From Marsupella aquatica (lineage: Eukaryota; Plantae; Marchantiophyta): a DNA stretch of 64,000 bases. Below are positions 35,501 through 49,427 of the stretch, piece after piece. The position numbers and the translations under genes are program-made. The stretch spans positions 8,145,832 through 8,209,831 of the forward strand of contig OZ316897.1 of the NCBI GenBank assembly GCA_973895155.1, read 5' to 3'. How positions within the stretch are numbered: position 1 is the stretch's first letter; every line of letters begins with the position of its first letter. Below the pieces are notes generated by a model that did no database searches, had not been told where the DNA came from, and saw only the letters and a list, made by a program, of their open reading frames with translations.

Positions 35501-36399
35501 AAGGTCCAACTGGTGCCTTCAATTGCAGCTTTCCGTATATCCAAATTTCTATATTCACACCTAAACTTATGAGAAGCTTGTTAAAAGTCATTGGTTAAGT
35601 GCTAAGTCTGCAAGCTTTCCTTATGGTAGACAAAGATAGGCTCCCACACTGTTTATGGGAGGTTCCGTAACTCTTGAGATATGGGAAAACAATATCCTGG
35701 TATGGCCTACTTTTGAGACACTCTCATACAGTGCAAAGTCATGGTTTTAATTCATCAACTTCTCATACTTTTGGTTGGTGACAGAAATTACTACTAGCTC
35801 AGTTGAATGAATAGACAACACCCAAGTTGATGAGGCAAGAGTAAGACCATAGCTTGGTCACAAGGTCGGAGGAGAATGAATGCCCAAAGCAGGAATGAGA
35901 CTAAGGTTTGCTTTACAAGAAGTGGGGGTACTTGTGGCTTTTGTTCCCCACCAAAACAAACTACAGGGCCACTTCTTTGAGCCTATATAGAGATGAGGAC
36001 ATTCAAGCCCCTTGCACCAATTTCAGAGACTCGCCCTGCCCCCAATCCCTCCGTAGACAGAATTCCTACTCCGTAGTTTTCTTGTGGTGGATACAAGAGC
36101 AAGTTTGCAATTCACAATTACTGACTTCACTTGATTCAGTCAATTAAGGGTTCAACAGGTTCACTCAAAAAATACATTAGAGCATTTGTGAAACCCCAAA
36201 TGAATTTTGCGGCTTAAATTTTGTGAATCAAATCATGCTTTGCGCAGGGTCCTGCGCGAACTAGGATGGCATGCAGCGGTATGTGGATCTGCTGATTCTA
36301 TGTGTGAGTTGCTAAGGAGTGCTGATTTCAAGTAGACGGACCAACTTACTGGTTGATCTTGTCTTAATTGAGTTTTCTACTATTTGCCAGTGGGCTTGT

Positions 36400-38300
36400 A
36401 GAATTGAGAAGTTGGCAAACTTTGCAAACTTATCTCCTGCAGTTTTATGATGAAGACTTACAATAACTTACAATGACCCAAGTTATGACCCTAGATAGTA
36501 GTAGGCTAGTTACATAATTATCAATTGACCAAACATGCTCAGTGAGAAATGAAAATGCCATGAAATCCCTGGATATGGAATGTTCTACATGCAACAACAG
36601 CATGAAAATCTGAAAAGCAAGAAACTCCTAGTTAGAGAATTTGTGGCGATTCCAGTGCAGAGGACTTCAGCAGCCAGATTTGGTGCAGAAAGAACCTTCT
36701 AAACAAGACTGAGTCTGTACGATAAGCAGGTTACAAAAGTTAAAACAATTTTCTGGCAAGTGATAGCCAAATGGCTCTTCAAGAGGCATTAATAGTTTTC
36801 AGGGTATTTGGGGGGACCCCTACGCCTTAGAGTTATAGACAAAGATTGGTTGATTGGTAAAGGGTGCATCTGTATACATGTTGTCCCTTCTAGGACCTTG
36901 ACAACAGGCCCCTCACCAAAGTGTCCACTTAGGTCCAATGGTATAGCTAAGTAGGCCTTGTCCCTAAGTTTGTTTCAATAATTTCATTACATTCTGCTTC
37001 GTCCAATGTGGCCTACTTGGTCATGATTTTGTTTTCCATCCAATTTTTAATGCCATAAGAAATATCCAATGCAAAAAGAACCACCCCGTCTCTCACTAGG
37101 TGTGGGCTGGATTGTGCCTTACCACTCTCCTGTGAATGAAAAATTATATAAGTTTCACAAAAAGAATCAAGAAAATAGGTTTGGTGAATGTTGTGATTTT
37201 GAATGCATCTAGATTGGTTGGCAAAACCCAAATTCTAGTACAAATTGTGTGGACGACTCAACCCTTCTGATATCCAGCATCTGTGTGAAAATCATATAGA
37301 AGCCACATATGATTAATATTTGGGAAATCGTAACCTCAAAATCCACCATAGTTTTTGCTTTCCCTGAAGGTTTTGCTTGTTGAAGTGTGGTACGGGTTGG
37401 TTTGGAAGGTGCATTGTAGGCTGGACAGTTTAGAAGGGGGGCGAACCAAAGCATGCACTAACATTGTGAGAGAGGAGAACCAGGGAATTATTAAGATCAG
37501 ATTGGGAAGGGTATAATTGGACTTCACACCAAGAAAGATGTTATTTGGAAATGTCATGCAGGTGAGGAACATAGGGAATTAATAAGTAAGGAGTAAGGAA
37601 GAGAATCAAGATGCACTTTCAACCAATTTTTTTCTTGAAGTTAGGGGCAATGAGATGGAAACAATGTCGAATACCACAAATATTTGGCATGTGAGAGGAT
37701 AACTGCCCAATATTAATATCAAGGTTGTTCATCATGCCTAGTACTAGGTGCAATTTCAGCTCTGATTAAGTTAATTTTGTGCTGAAGTAGGTTACTTTGC
37801 AAGTATCTGACATTTGACATCAAACAACTGTAATATTGTCATCGAATACTTGGTTGGGGCATTGTTCCATATTACTTTTGCAATATGCACTTCAATATGT
37901 CTGTTGGCAATAAAATGAGTTCGATTTCAAAATATAAGAATGCAGCTTGATAATGAGTTTTCACACAGGATATTTCAAAAATCTTTCAGCGTAGTGAAAA
38001 TTAATTGACTTTTAATTTCTCCAATCATGTTGCAATGTCTCACCCTTGATTGTGCGTGATATAGCATGTTCATGCTCATCCTGGAACATGCTATTTTTTG
38101 TGTCTAGTGATATGTGTGACAATTGCTTTTATCTGCAAAGAATCTTGTGCACTAGCCTTGGCTCGTCCTTTGCATCTTTTCAAGACCTTTGTGGAAGGTT
38201 GTTCATGTACATTATTGTACCAATTCTTAGTCAGAAATCCATTTTGTGATTGAGTTGACTGCAATGTCTCCAAATTTTCCTGTCAGATGCTTTGGTTAGT
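36400..38300 (-). mobile_element. Highly decayed L1-like LINE reverse transcriptase remnant
   Basis: Degenerate motifs occur in the expected order on the - strand: QVFDDNIT (~37840, FADD-like), HKINLIRAEI (~37770, KINxxKS-like), AKYL (~37685, KYLG-like) and SKNYGGF (~37345, K..GGLG-like). There are many stops and frameshifts. Confidence 0.4.
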
Positions 38301-39905
38301 AAGTACATCAAAATAAACTATACATCAAAATAGAATATGACATATATAGTATAATTATTGTCTACATATATCATTCCATACCATGATAAACCTCATTATT
38401 TTCTTGAAATCAGTGAGTATACACCACATATTATCACATTTTGATGTGTGCTTATCGATAGGGTTTGGTTAGGGTCACTATTCACTATATTATAAGCCCA
38501 TTATATGGTGGGAGGGAATTTGGTTAGTAGGGTAAGACATCAAGCCCCTCAATTTTACGGTGCAGGTAGTTTGAACTTTCAAATTTTCAAAAAAAAGAAA
38601 TATTCTTAGTTGAAAACCATTTTTCCATCCTAGAATAATCTTTGATATATGCGGTTTCCCTTTGTCCTTATCGAGTGCATAGGGATGATCGTTGTAGGGT
38701 TTTCTCAGATATATCAATTAGATATTGAGCCTTAAGTATCATCTACAGTGCCCGCTATGGTGACCCTTGACATTGAGGTTAAAATGCCATCAGCAGATGT
38801 CAAAAAACTATGATAGAAATGTTTTCATTATTAAAATCACATAGGTCCAATGAGGATGTTGTGCAATTTTCCCTTTATTCCAGTTGTATGGCAACTTGAT
38901 TGACCAACAGTACTTCCTTGAAACATCCTTTCTTACATAAATTGACAAAGGCACTCGAATGATGCACATCTCCAGGAGCCTAACGGTGATAGTGGAGATG
39001 TGTGTAATTAGCCTAAAGCCAGTAAAAGACTTTATCTCGAGGTACTTTTCCCCCTCCAAATTTCCTCTAGCAAGCAAAGCTAGGCAATGTTGTGAAAATG
39101 AATCAGCTTTCTGTATTTCCTATACTGGATTTGTTTTGGGGGAATGCATATTGCATGGCATATTGTATATGACATTTATACCATATATGAATGTCCATCC
39201 GGAATTCCAGCCTTTGGATGGCTCTTTGTTAATAATTTTTTTTCTTTGTTTTTGGCCTCATATTTGCTTCCAACTAAAGCATGGCCATGGAAGAGACTAC
39301 CCTTTTGTTGAGTGGCATGCCTTAAGTTTGCTCTGACCAGATTTCAGAGCAACGACTCTAATCTGGCTTTAGTCCTGTCTTTATATCCAAATCCTTCCAA
39401 GACAATGATTTTGTTCATCTGGAGTGTCATTCACTTAAGTTTGGAAAAGATGGTGTTTAGTTTCACCCAATGTAGAGTCCTCACCTCTCTGATCTACAGG
39501 TTGGTGATGACACTCGGTCAATGGCTAAGATCATTGGGCATGGGTCACCTTCATATAGAAGACTCACAAAGGCTCCCAAAACATAAACTCAAGAATTTGG
39601 CTTTTAGGTGGGAAGCCAACTATAATATATATTCCAATATAACTCTCATGGCTATGAAACTAGTCAAAAAGGTTTTATTGGCAGGTTCCCTCTTTCTCAT
39701 AGAGGTTTTTTAATGCTAGATAATGAGAGGAATTAGGGCATGTAACTTGTGGTGTAACAACAGTTTTCTTTAAAGTATTTGGATTGGCTTCCTCAGGAAT
39801 TTGTATTTTACCTTTCTTGGAGGAAGTCTGTTAAAGGAAGGTGTCTGATAGAATCTGGTTCTGAATATTGCCTGACTTGGGCAAGTTGTTGAACCTACTG
39901 TTCAG

Positions 39906-41250
39906 GGAAGAAGGTGGTAGACATGTAGCAGATACTCTCATACCAGGCCTTCCGGATGATTTGGCTTTGCAATGCTTGGCCAAGATATCTCATGGATATC
40001 ATGGAATTCTCCAAGCAGTGTGCAGAAGATGGTATGCCCTCATACAAAGTGATGAATATGGAAGAGCTCAATATCAAGATGGTAAATGTGGGGATTGGCT
40101 TTTTGTCCTCACTGAAGAACCAAAGGAAGGATGTTGGAAAGCTTATGATCCTATGGCTGGAAATTGGCATGTTCTCCCACCGATGCCTAGTGTATGTGCT
40201 AACCATCGACATTACGGATTCTCTTGTGTTGGTGTGGCTAAGAGACTACTGGTGATGGGCGGATATTACACACCATTTGATCCACAAATGCAACCAGTCA
40301 AGTTTTGTGCCACAAATGATGTATCAACGTTTGATCCCTTTACCAAGCGGTGGAGTCGAGCTGCAAATATGATTGTCCCCCGTTGTAGCTTTGCATGCGC
40401 TGTTGTTGGAGAAAAGGTTTTTGTTGCTGGAGGTTGTAGCTCTTCTCGTAGAAGCCCACTTTCTCACACAGAGGTCTATGATCCCGTTGAGGACAGGTAA
40501 ATCATGTAGTCTATGTCCCTTTTGTGGCCGTTTCACTTGTAATATGGACTTTAACTATAGTAAGCAAGATTTGCATGTTTTGTCCGATGTCTTTAATTTA
40601 CAGAAATAGATAATAGCTTACAAAACCCAACTTGCTATCTTGTTGACAGTATATAGCATTTTGTGGTGTTTGGTAGGTGGGATGAGATTGCCCCTCTTCC
40701 AAACGCAAGGGAAGACTGTGTTGGAGTAGCAATAGCAAATTTGTTTTATGTTATAGCAGGAGTGGTGGAAAACCACGTAGATCAACGGACAGTTGAAGTG
40801 TATGATCCTGTCCGAGCTGTGTGGTTTTCTTTACCAGATGTCTGGCTTTTCTCAAGGCAGATGCCATGCCCAGTCACCTCTATGCAAGGGTCCATCTATG
40901 CTTTGGATGACTGGGATTCAAACACTATCAAGGTGTATGACCCCAAACTAGGAGCCTGGATTAGTGTTGGTCTTGTTCCAGGCGTTGAAGTGTCTGGTCA
41001 AGAGAGAAGACCCAAAGGTTTTAATTTTGGCTTGATTGGATTGAAACGGGACTTATATGTTTTGGGTGGGAAGGTATTAAGGTGGCAGCCTGCAAATGGT
41101 CATTGGAAAAAATTTGATATTCTGAGGCTAAATACCGTAATTGCATGCAGTCCCGATAGAAAGAGTAGAGAAATCACATGGAGGAGAGTGAAAGCCATGG
41201 GAGAATCACGGGGTGCTGTGCTGGGTTGTGCTGTCTTAGAAGAGTCTTGA
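39906..41250 (+). CDS. F-box/kelch-repeat protein, At1g16250-like (5' coding exon not adjacent)
   Basis: F-box LIPGLPDDLALQCLAKISHGYHG. Kelch repeats with GG dipeptides and YDP/FDP..W motifs; ends GCAVLEES. Exons 39906-40496 and 40677-41250 are joined by a phase-2 GT..AG intron. There is an acceptor ttcag at 39901-39905 and no in-frame ATG before the F-box. Confidence 0.9.
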
Positions 41251-43069
41251 TCTAACTATCCCTAAGTGGTGTAACCTCATTCAAGTGAAGAATTAATATT
41301 TTGTGTTTTCAAGACTCCTGCATTGTTCAATACAAAATGTAGGTTACACTCAGAAATTAGTGTAACTACCTCAATAAAAAAAACTCATGCAATCCAAAGG
41401 TTCTGCATGAATTTCCTTGGCCATAGCTAAAATGATTGAATTGGTGAAAAGCCATCACATATTACCCTCATATTGTTAGTAACACTAATCCACCACTCAC
41501 ACTAATAAGATACTAATTCTAATAGCCATGGGGGCTGTTGTGTTTTTGTTCATCAGGCAATGTCCTCTGGCAACTGATTATAAAATAATGTACCCCTCAA
41601 TGGTTGATTTCTATATATTGCCTTGAAACCAAACATTTCTTCATTATATCCTTGTGATTCTGTCTGCTTCTCCCCAAGTTTCCAATTTTCTTGAAATTTC
41701 TTTACGACTACTTAGGACAAAACTAGGGAAATCTGGACAAGAAATTATATTCTGCTATGCTTTTTACCTATTACATTGGACTTTCAAGAAATTCAAAAAA
41801 ATGGTTGCTGCTACCCATCAGTTAATATCAGTTTCTGGTATCAGGCGTAAATCATTCCTATCACTCAGTTGTTTGCGTCTGGAACCTTCCTACTCAGCAA
41901 AGCCACTGAGATAGCTCTTTGAGGCTGCCAAGTTGAAACAGTGACAACAAAGTTAGCCAAGTGGATTTTCCCCTAAGTATATATGTTCATTTGGCAAGGC
42001 CACTGACTGAAAAGTGACTTGACTAGTTCAGCCAATCGCGAAGAACTTGGCCAGGTCGCTGAGCTTCACTAATATGGGTAACTGGTGGGTTTACAACTTT
42101 AGTTTGTTGCATCTTGGCAACTGGATTCTCCCTACTTTTGGATGAAATTAATAAGAATCATATAGCTAATTATCTCATGTTCACAAGTTTTCATAGGGAG
42201 CGGTACGCCAAAACACTAGGCATCCACTCCTGCACAAATTCTGACAATCCTTAAGAAATTCTCTACAGTCACTTACCTTTGATAGTTGCGAATTTAAGAA
42301 TAATATATCCTTATGCTTAATTTTTTGTAATTAGTTGGGCCATGAGTTGAGAGATATATTTTGAACTAAATTAAATTTAAGCTCTAAACTACAGTAGAAT
42401 TCTCCTTTTCATGGCCCAAGCCATTTAGGTATCATGACTTTGGACCCATGAGTTGAGAGATTTTGAGGAACCATTTCCTACTACCATGTGGGACCAAACC
42501 AAGGCAGGGCCCTTGAATTCAGTTTTGAGTAGTAAGTTTTGCCAGGGATACTGAGCATGACAATGTTCACACAATATTCCTTTCAAATAGGTCCTTGCAA
42601 TGTTTTAAAAAGGGCTTTCTAATTGAGTCAGGCCCTGGATTTTCTCGTTAGTAACTTAAAAAAATAACCAGATACACTGCCTCCAAGACCTGAGCAAAAT
42701 CTGTCACATTGAAATGAGCTGAGTAAAACTGTTTCATAAACAATTTTGTATGACCGATACTCAAAGTGTCATTCAAGACAATTTCACCATCCAAACTACA
42801 ATAGGATTACTCCACAACAAGGTCACAAAGGCTAATTGAGGCAACTTTGGGCCTCCCTAGAGGTTGTCCATCCAATACTTCGGCACAAAGTTAGTTCTCA
42901 TGTTGTTGCTTACAACTGGGCCCTACCAAGCTTGGAGGTGACTCTGGGATCCTGCAAACAGAAGTGCAACCAGTCTTTTGCTTCTGATGGCTCAGATTTG
43001 ATGGACCAACAACATTTCGGGCAACATTTTTCTGAACTGCTAGTGTCCTTGTCCTGTATAGTGTTTCTA

Positions 43070-43900
43070 ACTTCTCCAAACTCAAGTTGATGAAAACTAA
43101 GCTTGTGACAAGCGTTCTTGACCTCTAGAGCAGGAAGGAAAATGGGCTTAGTGGAGGGAGGGTTGCTGCCTGGCACAAAGGACCAGATCCTGAAGGAAAA
43201 ATGCGACCGCTGATGTTGCTTTCCATGGCTTGGGATTAAAGGATCAAAGTGCCCCTGACTCCTCCAAACTCAAGGTGATGAAAACAAAACTTGTGACAAG
43301 CACTCTAGAGCCCCAGAGCAGGAGGAAACAAGAGCAGGGGAGGAAGCCTGCCCAGGCACAAAGGACCAGACCAGGAAAGAGAACTTCCGTGGCTCAGATT
43401 AAATGGACCACAGTGCCCATAACTCTCCAAACTCAAGGTGATGAAAGCATGAAGAAAACAGGGCAAGGGATGGAAACCTGCCTGGCCACAAAGGACTCAG
43501 GAAAGGACAAATTCCATAACTCCAATGTAATGGATCAAAGTGCCCCTATCACCCTCCAAACTCAACTGAACAAAACAAAAGCGGGACTCCCAGGAATTGC
43601 ACATCAAATATGACAATGCAAGGTGTACTATGAATAACACTCAGTGATGTAAACATAATAAATGAGCTTATCATGGCATGGAGTGACATAATACACAGCA
43701 TATTCTCATATTTTGATGCACAATTACCCAGTCGCCTCCGTAGGGGACGGAGGGCTGCTCGGGGCACAAAGGACTCTCAAAGGACAATTCCATTGGTCAG
43801 ATTAAAGTGGATTAAGGTGCCCCGGCAAACCCAAGGCGATGAAAATAAAACTCGTGACAAGCCCTCTACACCCCTAGAGCAGCAACAAAACAAAGGCACT
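43070..43900. repeat. Degenerate tandem repeat, ~130-270-bp period, 4-5 copies
   Basis: ctccaaactcaa at 43074, 43262, 43425 and 43554, with a variant at 43827. Shared motifs are gatgaaa, gtgacaagc, ctagagc and cacaaaggac. Confidence 0.8.
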
Positions 43901-44741
43901 CTCCCAGTCTCCTCTGGGCAGACGATCCACCCATCGGGCGGGCGGGGCAAGTTGTACCTTTGCAAGAGGTGGTGGGGGTGGATAAATGTCGAGAGTGTAC
44001 CCACCGAGATAGTTACATCAGGTGAAACTTTCGTCACGGTACAGTAAAATAAAGGATGGCGTCCGGAGAGTAGAGCGTGGGTAAAGTATGGGGGGTGACC
44101 GCAAGTGGCGGCATTGTTGACATGCTCGCTACATGTATGTACATCCATGGTCATCACCATCATCATGACCGCATCGATGGAGAGCCGTGGGACAGAATGG
44201 CTCGAAAGAGAATCCGCACCGTACAAGCGTACTCGATCGACGACGCGCGGCCAAGTGCATGGTCATGAACCATGACATTGCATCGTTCAGGTGATATGCC
44301 CGCATGGTACGTCACTACGTCCACGAGAAGGTACGGTCAGTTGGTACTTGAATGACAGATTGTACCGTATGGTACCGTATCGGGTCCCGTACAAAGGGGA
44401 GGATTGGGACTCTGTATTTTAAAGGGTATTCGGGTTCTGTACACGGGACAACCGTATTCCTTTATGGAGTGCTCGAATGGAGAAGATGGATGGGGGGATC
44501 GACGGCGGGAGGAGAGACAGAGAGACTGAGGGGAAGTGCTGTGCGTACGTACGTGGTTACGGCTTCATCCATGGGCATCATTATGATGGCCTCATGCATG
44601 ATGATGGGCCAGGAGTCCAGGCTCATCGATAGGGTGATGATTAGCGGGCCATTATCCCACGCGCGCGGGCCCGTAGCGGCGGGGCCGCGCACCGGAGCCG
44701 CCGGTGGGGAGGGTCTCGGGGAAAGGAGGGGCGAAATCGAA

Positions 44742-46900
44742 GACTGGCTGTTGCCCGTCCTCACATTTCAAAGAACCGGTCCTCCGTCAGACGACCGGTT
44801 TGAGAACGACTGCCGATCCTCTTCCCCACCACCGTCGCAAAGAGACAGAAAATAATTACATTAAAAGTTTTAGGTGCCTGTTGGTGCAAAGTATGGCGTC
44901 CCTAAACGGTGCGCCTTCAACACACTAATAAGGAGGGTAGTTTGGGTGAATTGGGAGTAAATTAAATTATAGAAATCATAACCTGAAAATGGTACTTGAG
45001 ACTAAATACTCACATTTGCAAGAACCGGTCAGTCTGACGAGTCTTTGAGCACTACCTTCGCAAGGAGACAAAAACGTAATTACATTTAAAAATTTAGGTG
45101 CCTGTACAAAAATGTGCAAAATTGTGACTTCTCCAAAACGGTGCCCCTTGAACATATTAAGTAGGGTGGGGTGTAGTAATTGAGAGGGAACTAATTTCTA
45201 GAAATCATACCCTTATATATTTACATGAGACTAAATAGTGTTCCCCATCCTCACAATTTGAAAAACTACTACTCGGTCACACGACAGGCTCTTGTGAATG
45301 ACTATACATCCTCTTCCATCCACTGTCGTAATGAGACCAAAAAAATTATTACACTAAAAAATTTAGCCGCCAGTGACAAATGTGATGTCTCAAAATGGTG
45401 TGCATTAAGCATATTCTCTAGGGTAGTGTGGGAAAATCAAATCCTAAATGTCACAGACTGATCACCTTTACATGAGGCTGGCTGTTGCCCATCCTCTACC
45501 TGAGTGGTAATTGTGCAATAAATAAATAAATAAAAATTTGGCACCCACCGCAAAAATGGATATCCTGAAAATGGTGATCTGCAAGATTACTGGGGTATGG
45601 GCCAGGACTCTGGGAATGATATTTCTTATGAATGAGTTCCCCTGCAACTGGCTGCTCTTGGTCCCTGACCCGGGGCTGGATGAGACTCTGTGATTGAGCT
45701 CGCGTGGGATTAACTTGGAAGTTCAGAGTAGACATCTTGATTTATTAGGGGACAGGCATCTCTCATACCATAAGATGGACAACATTAGATCTTGGGGTCA
45801 TAATTACAGAATGATTTCTACTAAACTGGAGTGTAGACTGGTCTCTAGTGATAAGAGGCATGGATGTATTGTTCCCTGCGGCTGGCTTTGGCCGGTGGCT
45901 TGGGGGGGGAGGACTAGGGGCACCTTTCTCTCCTTGTGTGTTTGCTCTGTCATTTTTCCCGGGCGGGTTTTACCTCCGGTGTTAATTGATGGGGCCTGGT
46001 CCTCCTTTCTTTATAAAAAAAACTAAAAAAAACTAGGGTAGTGGGGAGTAAATTGAATACTTGACATCAAAGCCTTGAAGTCCTTACATGGGGCACAATC
46101 AAAGTGACTGTTTCTCATCCTCACAATTAGAAGAACCCAACCTCTGTTGGACGGTCTTTTGAGAATGACCATCAAGCCTAGTCCCACTACCTTAGTGGTA
46201 GTTGGGCAAACATTTGCTCAATTAATTTTTTTGGCTCCCAGTGCAAAATGTGACTTCTGAAAAATGGTGATCTCTAATAATAGTGTGGGGAAATGAATAA
46301 ACAATTAAATTTGAGACAGCATAGCTCAAAAAATATGGGGGCTGTTTTGGGAAATGAAGAGGCAATCAAATACAGGCATCCCAGTTTGAAATTCTTCACT
46401 TGAGGCTAATCAAAGACTGGGTAAAGACTAGCTGTTGCTCCTCCTCACATTTAGAAGAACAAATCCTCCATCAGATAAACAGTCCTTGAAAATGACCTCT
46501 GATCCATGTTTCTCTACTCGAGTGGTAGTTAGGCCAAAAACTAATGTGGAGGGTCCCAAAGGGGGGTAATGGGATGTTATCCCCAAGGGGTTACAGCCTA
46601 TCATTTCTCATGTGGGGATGAGTTACCAAGCATGAATTTTCAAACATCCACCTCACTTTTAGAATTTTGCCACAGAGGTTCAATGGCTCACGTGTCAGGT
46701 CAAGCCTAGTTAGCTATAGAAAAATACAAAGCAAAATATTCACTAGGTGCTTTCAAAATATAAACCTGCTGGCGCCAGCTGCAGAATTGATTTCCCAAAA
46801 ATGGGTGGCTGGGGCTAGTTTTGGGAACTGGGACTAGTTTTGGGAAATGAGAGGGAAGTTAAATGCTAGACACGATAGCCTGAAAGTGTTTACATGAGGC
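44742..46900. repeat. Degenerate ~245-bp tandem array, ~6 copies
   Basis: ctgttgcc..tcctcaca..t.aagaacc-type motifs at ~44745, 45009, 45240, 45480, 46105 and 46428. Shared downstream motifs are aaaa(c/t)ggtg, agggtag and tacatgag(a/g)c. Confidence 0.8.
45595..46032 (+). mobile_element. 5'-truncated non-LTR retroelement end inserted into a tandem-repeat unit
   Basis: About 440 bp unrelated to the flanking array. It ends in a T/G-rich 3'-UTR-like stretch and an A-rich tail (tataaaaaaaactaaaaaaaa), after which the array motif ctagggtagtgggga resumes. Confidence 0.5.
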
Positions 46901-47248
46901 CAAGAGCCTCAGTAAATCTTGTTATATGTTCAACTGGGAGTGAGCAATTGGTTTGGCTTGGCCCATCAAATCCTCTCTTGTCAGAGCAAGGGCCCTGTCC
47001 AAATTAACCATGTAACTTTTAGGTGGAGTAGGTTCCTAACTTGTCTCCTAGAAAACTATTTTAGCACCATTAGTTATAGTTAGCTTTACAAGACATTGGA
47101 GGCAGTGAATGATTTCAAACTCACTTCTACTCCTGTATACTATCTAAAGATTATTGATAGATTACCTTTGGTAAAAAAACACTCACACTGCCCCCAAGGT
47201 ATGGAATTGAGTAAATATTTTTATTTATGTTATTGAGAATTAGGAACC

Positions 47249-47720
47249 AAGTTACCAGTAGCGTAATCATAAATAAAAATAACTTCATAAACAATGCGCT
47301 CCTGCCCAACCTGCCCGCTCATTTGATTGGAAACCAACGAAATATCACTGCCTGATTTTCCCTGTCATGGATCTGTCCGTCATGATAACTATATAATCTT
47401 GTTATCTGTCCAATTGGCAATGAACACCTGTTTTGGCTAGGTTTAGGCAATATATAGGAAACATTTGGGGGGCTGAAAACACATATTGGCCACCTGCCCA
47501 AAGGTCCATGCAAACAAGTGAAACTAATTTTACGCGATTCACAATTCGGACGCAAGTTACCAGTAGAGTAATCATGAGAATTCTCTCATAAACAATTCGC
47601 TCCTGCCCGGCCTGCCCGGCTTGCCCGCTCATTTCATTGGAAATCAACGAAAAATGACTGCCCGCTCGTCCCTGTGCATCTGTCCGTGAAACAATAACTA
47701 TTCTTGTAATAATCTGAACC
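47249..47720. repeat. ~305-bp-period diverged duplication
   Basis: aagttaccagtag.gtaatcat..cataaacaat.cgctcctgccc..gcccgctcattt.attggaaa.caacgaaa at 47249 and 47554. Confidence 0.85.
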
Positions 47721-49427
47721 GGGATTGCAGTTGCCCGTGGACTGCCCACAAAAGAGCAAATTTGTTTTTGGCCGCAGTGCCCGACAGCGCTGCCCGGGAC
47801 AAGCCCGGGAGAAAGTGGAAGAACATACACCTGTCGTTAAGACAGCCCGGGTAGCCCGCAGGGACGGAGACTCATCAATAATGGGGCAGTCTTAGAAAAG
47901 GTCTCCAGAGGACCTTTCTGGTCTCCATTTTGGACTTTCATTGTTCTCGCTTTTGTTTGGTGCTGTTGCAGTCCTTTGTCGGACGACCTTTTTCGTCCCT
48001 CGTCAACCATGGGTCCCTTACTAAGGACGACTCTCGTGACCCAGGTCAAACGGTGACATTCGTCCACCACTGGTTCATAATATAAGTACACACATAGCTT
48101 CCTTCACATCAGTCAGCTTTATTATACTCCTTAGAGACCCCACCGTCATATTTTACTCGAACAACTGAACAACAAGGATGGAGCATAGGTTGCTCAATAA
48201 ATAAATAGTTATTGAAAAATTCAGTCCCTGTAACAAAAGTTTAGATGGTATAGTAAAACTTCCAAAAAAAAATTAGTTCATATTTTAATAATATTCGAAG
48301 TGTTTTGATGTAAAGTATTAATTCACCAATGTATGCGTAGCTCTATAATTTCAAAGGAAAAATATTAACTTTTTGACCAGGGTATGAGCAAATCTGATGA
48401 TTCCTAGAGTAATATGAGGGCCATAATCCTGATACTAATGCAAAAATTTCATGGGTTAGGTTAAGGTCCTTCCTTTGAGAACATTTTCCCCAGTAAGTGT
48501 TTGAGAGCAATTGTCTGAGGAGTTTTCTGGGGACAATGACCTCAAGGAATTCCTTTGGGTAGCCTGTTAAATACTAACTTCCTAACGAGCTCGTTATGCT
48601 ACTTTGTGAAATGCACCTGTCCAGATCTTCTCATTACAATTTGCTTGAGGCTGCGAGCCAAACGTTGTATTGAGCCAGAAATTGGCTCAATTAGATGCCA
48701 GACAGCTCTGAACTTGCAACGAGGGCCCCTCTCGACCATAACATGCCAGCAAGTGTTGTCGTCATTTTAGGAACTCTACTTACTATCTTTGGGGTTTAGG
48801 GTTTGGAGCTATAGATTGCCCCATATGGTAAAGATGACAAGTTTCTGTAAAACCATTAACCAAATATGATATACTCGTTCATGATAGTCCTATATGGGCT
48901 ACTTTGAGTACTTTAGTTTACGGACTCAGTAAATCTAAATAATTTTTTGGTTCATGCCTACCTGTGTAATTAGTAGTCTAATCTATCTATTTATCTATCT
49001 GGGAGATCTACAGTAAGTTCACCCAAAATGCAGATTCAAATGGTTTGTGATTTTCAAAAAATAACTAAAAATAAGCTTGCAGGGTATGGGAAGTGAGCCG
49101 AAGAGCCAGCAGGGTAAGTTCACTGTTCACCTAAGGAAATGTACAGTGGCTGGTTAAGGGCAGGGGCCCTTTATTGGCGTGGACAGGCTGACGAGAGAAT
49201 TGATAACTATGCTTTCTCTGGTCCCTAGACATTGCTCTTGTGAAACACTCTTACATACACACCCAAAGTTTGGGGAGGGTTTCAAGATCACAAAAACAAT
49301 TCAGCTCAATGGTACACAATAAACGGAAAATCTTTCTATCCTGTCTCAAGTCTACTTCCACTAAGTACAATGCTCAGTAAATCCCACAAGTCTTCGTGAC
49401 ATGGTTGGCTTTCTAGTTCTCGTCTTA

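Noticed and set aside
38959-39713. 125-aa and 133-aa ORFs upstream of the F-box exon (GHLHIEDSQRLPK resembles an RTE-LINE motif)
   Set aside because: There is a single weak motif only. It cannot be supported as either an exon or a defined TE.
43230-44855. 124-167-aa ORFs
   Set aside because: They lie in tandem repeats or a GC-rich island, with no domain or splice-consistent gene model.
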